DNA of 64,000 nucleotides from an uncultured virus (IMG/VR IMGVR_UViG_3300042975_000037) (taxonomy: Duplodnaviria; Heunggongvirae; Uroviricota; Caudoviricetes): IMG/VR virus record IMGVR_UViG_3300042975_000037. One strand, 5' to 3'. The position numbers and the translations under genes are program-made. The notes beneath the pieces were generated by a model. That model made no database searches and was not told the origin of the DNA. It saw nothing but the letters and a program-made list of their open reading frames with translations. This document shows positions 1 through 9,508 of this stretch, one piece after another. Within the stretch, counting starts at the first letter, position 1. Each line of letters opens with the position of its first letter.

Positions 1-442
1 GCATATTCATGGTGAAACTACTGATGTGAATAGCATTATACTTGGTATGGATCAGTATTGCAAATACGTTAGCATCATAGATGATTATCTCCAAGGCAAG
101 ATAGATAATGTGCCTAACATGGAGGAAAGATTGAAGAATATTTCTACTATGCAAATTCTGTCATGGATTGATTTGTTCTTCGTTTCGGATGTATATATTA
201 TAGGTTTTGGACTTGAGTATGCAGAAATGGATTTATGGTATGTCCTTTTAAGGAGAAAGAGGATGTTAAGGAGCTATGGTAATGGATTGATTTCCAATAA
301 TATATATTTTTTTAATAATGTTCCTTCTGGCAAAGGAAGATTGTTACAAGATTTGGATGTTATTGTTATGTCGGATATTTCTTCAGATTATTCTAGCAGA
401 TATCAACACTATATTGATTGCATAGCTGAAAAATGCTTATAG
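1..442 (+). CDS. SIR2-family (SIR2_2-like) protein, C-terminal part; 5' end lies outside the window
   Basis: Frame is open from the window start (HIHGETTDVNSIILG...). HIHG and DVYIIGFGLEYAEMDLW match the C-terminal motifs of SIR2_2/AbiH-like proteins. Confidence 0.7.
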   Translation, partial: HIHGETTDVNSIILGMDQYCKYVSIIDDYLQGKIDNVPNMEERLKNISTMQILSWIDLFFVSDVYIIGFGLEYAEMDLWYVLLRRKRMLRSYGNGLISNNIYFFNNVPSGKGRLLQDLDVIVMSDISSDYSSRYQHYIDCIAEKCL

Positions 443-657
443 ATTCGAGAGTATACTGGCTGAAATTTCAGCCGATTTTTATAAAGTAGCAATGAACCAT
501 CATGTAGTATCTTAGACTTGCAAACTGTTTTTTAAGTTTTATAAAAGGTGTTCTTTTATCTTTGATATACCTTAACATGAAGGGATAATTATTATCAATA
601 TTTTTAGGATTTTTGCCAATAAATGATTAACTTTGAAGAGGTATTGTAAAGTATATT

Positions 658-3450
658 ATGGCAAGAAAACAGAACTTGAGTTATCAAGATATTGAAACTG
701 CACTGAAAGTGTTCAAAGATTATCATGTACAGGCATCGGAAGTGGGTTACGAAATTCTCAAGGCTTTTGGCAAAAGCGATGCGGATATTCGCCGCTATCG
801 TGAAGGAAAGGGAATTTTATCGACATACAAGGGACTTCTCATCAAAGGCTTATTTGGATTCAAGTCGGCTTCCTCCATAACTTTGACTTCTGTATTGGAA
901 ATGATGAAAGTGGATACAAAAGTTATTAAGGCAGCACCAAAGATAATTGCAGTCAGTGATGGTAAAACTATCCTGGCTTATGATATGCGGGAAAAGGAAT
1001 CTTACGAGAATCCTCTGGACCGTCTCTATTGTGACTTTGCCTTTTTCTATCCGCTTTCTGGTGTGGAAAAGTTCAAATTAGTGGAAGAAAACCCGGCTGA
1101 TGTGAAGGCTGCGGAAAAACTTGCAAAACTGCATGATGCTCTTCGTGCCTACAATGATTTCAGCAGTAGTAGCCAATTGCATGATCTGAACTTGTTTATT
1201 GCTCGACTGTTATTTTGTTTCTTTGCTGAGGATACGGGTATTTTCGAAGAGAATCTTTTTACCGGATCTATCAGGAGATATACTAAAAGTGATGGCAGTG
1301 ACCTTGCAGAGTATTTGGATGCAGCATTCAACATTATGGATGTCAAAGTGCGTAATGAAGACACGATAAAGATTATATCACAATTTCCCTATGTAAATGG
1401 AGGCCTGTTCGCGCGGCATATTCAAATACCGAGGATGGGATATAAAGCGCGGAAAATCATTATTGAATGTGGCGAATTGAACTGGAAAGACATTAATCCG
1501 GACATTTTCGGATCAATGATTCAGGCAGTAGTAGATCCGGAGATACGAGCCAATCAAGGTATGCATTATACCAGCGTTCCCAATATTATGAAGGTGATTA
1601 ATCCTTTGTTTATGGACGAACTGAGGGCGGAATATAATGCACTGAATGAAGAGTTTTTGTTAAGTAAGCGGCAGAAAGAGATAGGGGCATTGAGTGATAA
1701 AGACTTTGGATTGAAACGCCAGACTATCGTTAAAAAGATCAATGCCCTATTGTTGCGTATGAGCAATATGAAGTTTTTCGATCCTGCCTGTGGCAGTGGC
1801 AATTTCCTTATTATTGCTTACAAGTCTTTGCGATACCTTGAGATGGACATCCTGAAACTTCAACAGGAGTGTGAGGGTGAGGGCTTTCTAACAGCCGTTA
1901 TGGGAACTTGTATCAGCTTGCAACAGTTTTATGGTATCGAACTGTTGGATTTTCCTCATGAGGTGGCCATGTTGTCTTTATGGCTGGCACAGCATCAGAT
2001 GGACAATAAACTTTTTGAAAATTTCGGTATTAATACCCAGGCTTTGCCATTGCATAATATTACCCAAATTAAATGCGGAAATGCTTGCAGATTGGATTGG
2101 GATGAAGTTTGCCCCCATGAGAAAGATGAAGAAGTATTTGTTTTCGGAAATCCACCGTATTTAGGAAGTAAACTTCAAAGTAAGATACAGAAGGAAGATA
2201 TAAAAATAACGTTTCAAGGATTGAAGAATTGTAAAATATTGGATTATATCAGTATTTGGTTTTATAAGGGCTCAAATTATATTAAAGATAGCAAGGCAAA
2301 GTTGGCATTTGTAAGTACTAATTCTATTTGTCAGGGAGAACAAGTTTCTGTTCTTTGGCCTCAAATATTGAATAATCATGAAGAAATATTATTCGCATAT
2401 ACTTCTTTTAAATGGAGTAACAATGCCAAATACAATGCTGGAGTCACGGTTGTCGTGATTGGCATTGGCGAAATAGATAAGGCTATGAATAAGTTCTTGT
2501 ATACGAAAGGAAAGAAGATTAGTGTTTCATATATCAATCCTTATTTGTCAGCGGGTAGTATGGTTGTTGTCTGCAAAAAGACAGACCCTCCAATCGGTTT
2601 GCCAAAAGCTTGTTTTGGTTGCATGCCTTATGATAATGGAAATTTATTGTTTAACAAACCGGAATATGATCGTTTTGTGGAAATTTATCCTTTGGATGCA
2701 CATTTTTTAAAAAGGATATATGGTTCTGAAGAGTTTATCAATGATATTGAGCGCTATTGTCTATGGATTGATGATGACGAGTCGGAAGAGGCGTTTAGAA
2801 ATCCAGAGATAAAGAAAAGAATTGAACGGACGAGGCAGATGCGTCTTTCCTGTACAGATGATGGTGGACGGAAATTAGCAGACAAGCCTTATCAGTTTAG
2901 GGAACATCCCTCACTTCTTTGTGAAAAGATTATCATTCCTCGTGTTTCGTCAGAACGGCGTGAGTATATTCCCATGGGGTATCTAAAAGAGGGGACTGTG
3001 GTTTCAGATTCCGCTTTCGCTATTTATGGTGCTCAGACGTGGCTTTTCGGTATACTTGAAAGTAAAATGCACATGGTATGGGTACGAACCGTCGGAGGAA
3101 AACTAGAAACACGATATCGCTATTCTGCCCAACTTTGTTATAATACCTTTCCCTTTCCAAATCTTACGTCAGCAAAGTGTGATGAGCTCCAGTCTGCTGC
3201 GGAAGAGGTGCTTATTGTCCGGGAGGGACATCCTGGAATGACGCTTGCGGAAATGTATGATCCCGACCGAATGCCACTTGATCTCCGCCAAGCGCACAAT
3301 ACTTTGGATGCCGTTGTGGACAGCTGCTATCCAGGTTATCCGTTTGCTACTAATGATGCAAGATTGGAATGTCTCTTTAAAAGGTATGAAAAGTTGGTGA
3401 ATCAATCGCTTCCTATAAAGAAAAAGAGGCGGAAGGGAAGTTCAAAATAA
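658..3450 (+). CDS. yeeA: MmeI-like / YeeA-type DNA adenine methyltransferase with target-recognition domain
   Basis: 930 aa; RLLFCFFAEDTGIF helical region, FPYVNGGLF, GMHYTS, FFDPACGSGNF (SAM binding), GNPPY (catalytic motif IV), AFVSTNSICQGEQ, YRYS..YNTFPFP C-terminus. Confidence 0.9.
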   Translation: MARKQNLSYQDIETALKVFKDYHVQASEVGYEILKAFGKSDADIRRYREGKGILSTYKGLLIKGLFGFKSASSITLTSVLEMMKVDTKVIKAAPKIIAVSDGKTILAYDMREKESYENPLDRLYCDFAFFYPLSGVEKFKLVEENPADVKAAEKLAKLHDALRAYNDFSSSSQLHDLNLFIARLLFCFFAEDTGIFEENLFTGSIRRYTKSDGSDLAEYLDAAFNIMDVKVRNEDTIKIISQFPYVNGGLFARHIQIPRMGYKARKIIIECGELNWKDINPDIFGSMIQAVVDPEIRANQGMHYTSVPNIMKVINPLFMDELRAEYNALNEEFLLSKRQKEIGALSDKDFGLKRQTIVKKINALLLRMSNMKFFDPACGSGNFLIIAYKSLRYLEMDILKLQQECEGEGFLTAVMGTCISLQQFYGIELLDFPHEVAMLSLWLAQHQMDNKLFENFGINTQALPLHNITQIKCGNACRLDWDEVCPHEKDEEVFVFGNPPYLGSKLQSKIQKEDIKITFQGLKNCKILDYISIWFYKGSNYIKDSKAKLAFVSTNSICQGEQVSVLWPQILNNHEEILFAYTSFKWSNNAKYNAGVTVVVIGIGEIDKAMNKFLYTKGKKISVSYINPYLSAGSMVVVCKKTDPPIGLPKACFGCMPYDNGNLLFNKPEYDRFVEIYPLDAHFLKRIYGSEEFINDIERYCLWIDDDESEEAFRNPEIKKRIERTRQMRLSCTDDGGRKLADKPYQFREHPSLLCEKIIIPRVSSERREYIPMGYLKEGTVVSDSAFAIYGAQTWLFGILESKMHMVWVRTVGGKLETRYRYSAQLCYNTFPFPNLTSAKCDELQSAAEEVLIVREGHPGMTLAEMYDPDRMPLDLRQAHNTLDAVVDSCYPGYPFATNDARLECLFKRYEKLVNQSLPIKKKRRKGSSK

Positions 3451-3491
3451 ATAAGAGCGAGAAATTGTGAGATAGAGAAATAGAGAGTCTA

Positions 3492-5531
3492 ATGATAGAT
3501 ATACAAAACAGAAATAATTTCGTGGATATCCATTATGCTCAGACAGGAAAGTCGAGCAATGTGGATCAACTTGGCATGCGCGAGATGCAAGCTAAGGCTT
3601 ATGAGCATAGAGACCAGCGTTTCCTTCTGATTAAAGCACCTCCAGCGAGTGGAAAAAGTCGGGCTTTGATGTTTATTGCATTGGATAAGTTGGCTCATCA
3701 AGGTATCAAAAAGGTAGTTGTAGCTGTTCCGGAAAGGAGTATAGGCCGATCGTTCCAGAGTACATCTTTGAAAAAGTTTGGTTTCTTTGCTGATTGGAAA
3801 GTAGCTCCGTATTTCAATTTATGCTCGGCAGGAGGCAATGAAAGTGACAAGGCCGGCAGATTTTGCGAATTCATGCATGGCCCTAAGGGGCAGATTTTGT
3901 TATGCACCCACGCTACTCTGCGTAATGCCATGAAACAATTGGAGGATACAGACTGGAATCATTGTTTGCTTGCTATTGATGAATTTCATCATACCAGTGC
4001 TGATGCCAATAGTGAGCTAGGGGATACCGTACGGCGGGTGATGAACCATTCTACGGGTCATATTGTAGCGATGACAGGCAGTTACTTCCGGGGGGATGGT
4101 ATTCCTGTATTGCGAGCCGAAGACGAAGTCCGCTTCTACCCCGTTACCTATAATTATTATCAGCAGTTGAATGGATACAAGTATCTTAAAAATCTTGTAT
4201 TGAGCTATCATTTCTACAAGGGGGTATATCTGGATCATCTCATGGAAGTGCTGGATACCCATAGAAAAACTATTATACACATACCATCTGTGCAAAGTAG
4301 GGCATCTACTGCTCAAGGAAAGTATGCTGAGGCAGCAGAGATTAGAAGGCTGATAGGAGAAGAAGTTTGGCATGATTACAATACAGGTATCTATACTCTG
4401 CGTACTTCCGATGGGAGATTGCTGAAAGTTGCCGATCTTGTAGAAGATAATGTCAAGACGCGGAACAGGGTTTATGCTTATCTGGATAAGATCAAGCAGG
4501 CTGATGATCTGGATATTATCATTGCACTGGGTACGGCTAAAGAAGGTTTTGACTGGGAATGGTGTGATACGTGTCTTACGATAGGTGTACGTGGTTCTTT
4601 GACGGAAGTGGTTCAGATCATTGGAAGATGTACGAGAGACTGTAAAGGAAAAGATACGGCTCGTTTCATTAATATGATTGCAATGCCGGATGCAGACCAA
4701 CCGGATGTGAAAGTTGCTGTCAATGATTTTCTTAAAGCGATTACGGCTTCCTTGCTTATGGAGCAAGTCATGGCTCCGAGTTGGCATTTCAAAACGGCTA
4801 AGGAAGAGATCGCAGATGATGATTTTGCCCGCACGATTGTTGTTGAAGGCCTTAAACCACTTTCGAGTGCCAAGACGAGGCAGATCGTGGATGAACAATT
4901 AGACGATTTAAAGGCTAGTATCCTCCAAGATGACATGGTGGTGAAAGCCATTAGTGGTAGTACAACTGCAGAGGCCATTACCCAGTATCTTATTCCAAAG
5001 GTGATTCGTGAGAAGTATCCGGATTTAAGTCAGGGTGAAGTAGAAGAAGTACGCCAACGAGTCTTGTTGGACACTGTCGTAAAAGGCAATGATATAGTTG
5101 ATGAGAAGGGCAATCCTGTCGATCTATCGGAAATACCGGAAGGGCAAGAAAGTCAGGAAAGTGAAGGTAATCGACTGCTGAAACTGACGAATCGCTTTAT
5201 CAATATCGACCAATTGAATATTAATTTAATTGATACCATTAATCCGTTTCAGCGTGCTTATGAAGTGCTATCAAAGACAGTGGACGCTCCTACACTGAAG
5301 ATCATTCAAGATACAATAGCAGAACAGAAGTTTGATATGCCTATAGACATGGCTATCAAGTTGTTTAAAGGGCCGTTAAAAAGATGGGTTGCCGAGCATG
5401 GAGGCCAGAAACCTTCTATGAATGATCCCAATCCTCAGACTCGTGAACTGGCTTTCGCCCTGCAAAAGATAAAGAATCTCAAGATTCGCAAGATGATGGG
5501 ATTGGAATATGAACCGGATAAGGATGAATGA
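3492..5531 (+). CDS. yeeB: YeeB-type SF2 (DEAD/DEAH-like) helicase/ATPase
   Basis: APPASGKS Walker A, IDEFHH Walker B, MTGSYFRGD, KEGFDW, QIIGRCTRD; directly downstream of the yeeA-like gene. Confidence 0.85.
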   Translation: MIDIQNRNNFVDIHYAQTGKSSNVDQLGMREMQAKAYEHRDQRFLLIKAPPASGKSRALMFIALDKLAHQGIKKVVVAVPERSIGRSFQSTSLKKFGFFADWKVAPYFNLCSAGGNESDKAGRFCEFMHGPKGQILLCTHATLRNAMKQLEDTDWNHCLLAIDEFHHTSADANSELGDTVRRVMNHSTGHIVAMTGSYFRGDGIPVLRAEDEVRFYPVTYNYYQQLNGYKYLKNLVLSYHFYKGVYLDHLMEVLDTHRKTIIHIPSVQSRASTAQGKYAEAAEIRRLIGEEVWHDYNTGIYTLRTSDGRLLKVADLVEDNVKTRNRVYAYLDKIKQADDLDIIIALGTAKEGFDWEWCDTCLTIGVRGSLTEVVQIIGRCTRDCKGKDTARFINMIAMPDADQPDVKVAVNDFLKAITASLLMEQVMAPSWHFKTAKEEIADDDFARTIVVEGLKPLSSAKTRQIVDEQLDDLKASILQDDMVVKAISGSTTAEAITQYLIPKVIREKYPDLSQGEVEEVRQRVLLDTVVKGNDIVDEKGNPVDLSEIPEGQESQESEGNRLLKLTNRFINIDQLNINLIDTINPFQRAYEVLSKTVDAPTLKIIQDTIAEQKFDMPIDMAIKLFKGPLKRWVAEHGGQKPSMNDPNPQTRELAFALQKIKNLKIRKMMGLEYEPDKDE

Positions 5532-5809
5532 AAATGGAATGGCCAAAAGAATTACTGGAAATTTTTGATGATGCTCTGTTGGATGACGTTCATCCTAAAG
5601 CAGCACCGGTTACGGCGGACGACAGGAAAGTGAAAAAACTGATGGAGATTACGCAGTGGTCGGAAGCGAACGGCCGGAGGGTGCCACGTGAGGATGGTAA
5701 TAGCCTGAAAGAGAAAATGATGGCTCGTGCATTGAAGGCGCTGAAGGATGAGGCGGGTGAAGAACTGGCTGCGTATGATACTTTAAATCTTTTGAAGGGG
5801 GAAAGGTAA
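5528..5809 (+). CDS. small protein resembling the N-terminal segment of YeeC
   Basis: 93 aa; ATGA overlap with the helicase and TAATG overlap with the next gene; ELLEIFDDALLDDV parallels ELDDILNDPLLEI of the next ORF. Confidence 0.6.
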   Translation: MKMEWPKELLEIFDDALLDDVHPKAAPVTADDRKVKKLMEITQWSEANGRRVPREDGNSLKEKMMARALKALKDEAGEELAAYDTLNLLKGER

Positions 5810-7033
5810 TGGATATAAAGAAAGAATTGGATGATATTCTAAATGATCCTCTATTGGAGATTTCTGATAAGGAAAAATCACTTTTTGAAATCCCTTCTGA
5901 CATGAAGAAGGTTCAAGGAGAAAGAAACCAGCCTGATCACTATGCCCAACGGAAGGTGTGCGAAGACTTTGCTCTTTATCAATCTGGGTTTGAACAGATA
6001 CATCGGGATTTGAAACTTGGAAAAAGGAGTTTGTTGAAAACCTCAAAAACTGATAGTATGGTAGAAGGCCGGTATTATGTGGTTGATGGACAGTTGCTGC
6101 TTCTTCAACGCATCGGAAAATATATTCAGGCTGCCAATGGATTGAAGGACGGCCGTACGAGATGTATCATTGAGAATGGGACGGAAACGGATATTTTGTT
6201 GCAAACGCTTCGAAAAAACGTGATGGCAAATGGATATGCCGTTTCGGACACGCAGGAAGAAACGGAGAAATCATTGATGAATTCTGATTCTGTTTTGGAA
6301 GGAGATCAAGAGACAGGATATATTTATGTCTTGAGTTCACTTTCTCAAGAACCGGAGATTGCCTGCCAAAAGGACTTGTATAAGATTGGTTTTACAACCC
6401 ATTCTGTAGAAGAAAGAATTGCCGGTGCAGCCGATGATCCTACTTACCTTATGTCACCGGTCAAAATTGTAGCCACTTACAGAATCATAAATATGAACAG
6501 CCATGTGCTGGAGACTTTGCTTCATCATGTGTTGGATGCTGTACAAATGCAATTCTCAATTAAGGATCGATCGGGAAACTTATGCCATCCCAAGGAATGG
6601 TATGTAGGTTCCGCTGACAGTTATTAATGCAATTATTGGAAAAATTAATGATGGCAGTATTACTAACTACACGTATAATGCCCAACAGCAATGTCTGGAG
6701 CAGACTGTTGTCAAAGAAAGATCGACATTCAATACAAAAGGGATGAAGATTTTGACACTTAACATCAAAAAGGTCTATTTTGATCAGATTATGAGAGGGG
6801 AGAAAACGATTGAATATAGGGAATTGAAACAGACCACTCTCAATAAATATACCTATGTTGATGAGGCTGACGGCAAGCGTTATCTAAGAAGGTATGATGC
6901 GCTCCGTCTCTGTGTGGGCTATCATAGGGACCGCGAGAGTGCAATTGTAGGAGTGAAGAATATATTATATCATAAGGGTGTTGTGGAATATCATCTTGGC
7001 CGTATTTTTGAACATATAGGCTTAAGTAAATAG
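5809..7033 (+). CDS. yeeC: YeeC-type GIY-YIG/T5orf172 nuclease with C-terminal ASCH domain; one +1 frameshift near 6607
   Basis: GYIYVLSS..LYKIGFT..VEERI..PKEWY motifs. Removing one G in TATGTAGGTT gives an uninterrupted reading VVPLTVINAIIGKINDGSITNYTYN...NTKGMKILTL into ORF 6743-7033, which has the ASCH GxKxxExR motif. Confidence 0.75.
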
Positions 7034-7245
7034 TTTTCTAGAACTTCCGGCTGATGCCTTTGGGTACTTTACAATGGACTTGATATCTATGAGAAATACG
7101 ACTGCTTCTCTCTAGGTTCCATCCGTCAGATCGAGCGCTGTTTCTGCGCTTTCACTTTCAGCTTTATGAAAGGAAAAGATATCACATCATAAAGACTTAA
7201 GATCATTCTATTCTTTGATTATTAAAGATTTTAAAACAGAAAAAT

Positions 7246-9006
7246 ATGGATAACATTGAATTAACGACATTGTCGGTATCTATGTATACCAACAAGGGGG
7301 CTTATGCTTTATTATTAGGCTCTGGTATCTCTGTCCCTGCTCATATCAAATCTGGATGGGGTATTGAAGAAGAGCTGATTAAAAAGATTGCGAGAACTAA
7401 TGGCGCTTCTGTGTCACCGGATTGGCATAAATGGTATGAAGAAAAATACGAGAAAAAGGCTACTTATACATCTTTACTTAGCAAATTGGCTAAGAAACCG
7501 ACAGAAAGAGTACAACTCATGAGACACTTTTTTGAGCAGAATAAAGATGATAAGGAGTTAGGATATAAATTGCCAACACAAGCTCATCGTAAAATCGCTA
7601 ACCTGGCTAAAGAGGGATATATCAAGGTTATCCTGACAACAAATTTTGACAGACTAATTGAAAAAGCTCTTTTTGATGCTCAAGTTTCTTATCAAGTGAT
7701 TAAAAATGAGGATGATATAAAGACTGCAACTCCTCATATTCATTATCCAGGAGTGACCATAGTTAAAATCAACGGTGATATGGGTGATTGCAATTTCAGA
7801 AATACGGAAGCTGAGCTCTCAGACTACCCGGAGGCCTTTCGATCTTTTCTGCAAAGTATTTTTTCTGATTTTGGTGTTATCTCTTCCGGCTGGTCGGGTA
7901 AATGGGACGCGGGTTTGATGGAGATTCTGAAAACTGCTCCGATTTCAAGATACAATTCCTTCTTTACGGATTGCACTGTAAACGAAAACTTAAAAGAACT
8001 TGCCAGCAATCGTAAAGGTGAGTTTTTGCAAGTAGATAATGCCAATACATTATTCAGCAATTTATATGATGGCATTGCTTCACTTGGAAAAGCCGATATA
8101 AGCAAATCAATGTCCAAAGATATCATTCTGGCCCGAACCAAGAAATATTTGGCTAGCGATGTCCACCGTATAGAATATGATGATCTTGTTAGGGAACAGT
8201 GTAATTTGGCAAAAACAGCTATCCTTAAAGAAGCACACTATAACTTTGAACTTACAAAGGAGAAATTTGATTATTATGCCTCTTTGCATGAAAAGGCAGT
8301 CAGTAATTTGATAGATATGAGCATACTTGCTGGTAAGTATGGTAAAGATTATCATATACAAGCATTAACTAAATGTATCGTTGAGTTGTGCTTAAGACAA
8401 TTTTTTAACGGAATGAGAGAAGTTCTAGATACTTCTTACTTACATTCTATTGGGGCAGTATTAGTTTTTAATGCCTTAGGACTTGCTCTGGTAAAGAACA
8501 GTAAATTTAAGGTTCTGAATGAATTGTTTAAAACAAAAGTTCCACCTTATAATTTGTTGGGATTTCATCAGGAAAATATTTTGCAGCTTTTAGGTGCACC
8601 ACATTTTCGAGATGAGACATTAAACAGTCTTATGGATCAAAATGATAAGTTTCCAAGAAGTATTTTTATCAAGAAACAGCTCAACTCCCACTTTAAAGAG
8701 GAATTTTATTCAGATGATGAATTTGAAAATGAATTTGACAAATGGGAGATGATGGAATCCTTAATGTTTTTTTATCGTCAAGATGGTAAAATGGAACCTT
8801 TTTTCCTTGATGGTGACTTCGAGAATCATGCAGGGAAAGATTTTAGCGGACAGGATTCCTTTACAGAATTCTATAAATCCGCTGATGTTTTAAAGCAGGA
8901 TTGGCCACCGGTCAAAGAGGGACTATTCGGGGGGAAATATGAGAATTATGTAGAAGTATTAAAGCAGGCAGAAAAGGATTTTAGTCATGAATTATATATA
9001 AGATAA
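7246..9006 (+). CDS. SIR2-family (SIR2_2) NADase-like protein with long helical C-terminus
   Basis: YALLLGSGIS, PTQAH, ILTTNFDRLIE, KINGD, GWSGKWD motifs. Confidence 0.85.
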   Translation: MDNIELTTLSVSMYTNKGAYALLLGSGISVPAHIKSGWGIEEELIKKIARTNGASVSPDWHKWYEEKYEKKATYTSLLSKLAKKPTERVQLMRHFFEQNKDDKELGYKLPTQAHRKIANLAKEGYIKVILTTNFDRLIEKALFDAQVSYQVIKNEDDIKTATPHIHYPGVTIVKINGDMGDCNFRNTEAELSDYPEAFRSFLQSIFSDFGVISSGWSGKWDAGLMEILKTAPISRYNSFFTDCTVNENLKELASNRKGEFLQVDNANTLFSNLYDGIASLGKADISKSMSKDIILARTKKYLASDVHRIEYDDLVREQCNLAKTAILKEAHYNFELTKEKFDYYASLHEKAVSNLIDMSILAGKYGKDYHIQALTKCIVELCLRQFFNGMREVLDTSYLHSIGAVLVFNALGLALVKNSKFKVLNELFKTKVPPYNLLGFHQENILQLLGAPHFRDETLNSLMDQNDKFPRSIFIKKQLNSHFKEEFYSDDEFENEFDKWEMMESLMFFYRQDGKMEPFFLDGDFENHAGKDFSGQDSFTEFYKSADVLKQDWPPVKEGLFGGKYENYVEVLKQAEKDFSHELYIR

Positions 9007-9508
9007 CGTTAGAGATAATGGATTATTAATAAAACTCTTGACAAATGCTACGGTTCTCATCTAAGTGAGAGTAAGGCATAGAAACTAAACGCTCTTGATA
9101 AATTTCTGTTGATGTCTTCTGAAACTTATATCATCTCACGGAACTTCTTCCAGCTCATCTCAAGGCAAAAGGACTCAGGCATATACAAAAAAGTTGGGGA
9201 CTTCTCCTGGAATTTTGGAGAAGTCTGCGAATATCTACCGAAAGCCTTCTTAAATCCTGGGGAAGTTATAGACTTCTATACTAAATCTTGAATTATGCAA
9301 GAGGGGGATGGCTGATGGCTTACCGCATATTTGGCAACATTAGCTTGAGAAATATTCGTGACTATAGTATTGAAAAAGGAGCGTCAACTAAATTGCGTCA
9401 AGATCTGTTGCCCATTAGTAGGTCAGGGCCTAACAGGCCGACGGGCTTTGACACAGTTCATGTGACGCCTCCCATAAAACTTGTAACTCAAAATTCATCC
9501 TTATATTC

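Noticed and set aside
4017..4978. Long antisense ORFs inside the helicase (and similar ones inside the transposases and structural genes)
   Set aside because: Shadow frames of well-supported genes.
7040..7200. Possible transposase remnant (QIERCF-like peptide)
   Set aside because: Too short; no ends or further motifs.
9100..9480. Short ORFs and an IS-end-like TTTGACACAG sequence
   Set aside because: Non-ATG starts, no recognisable motif, no matching second end.
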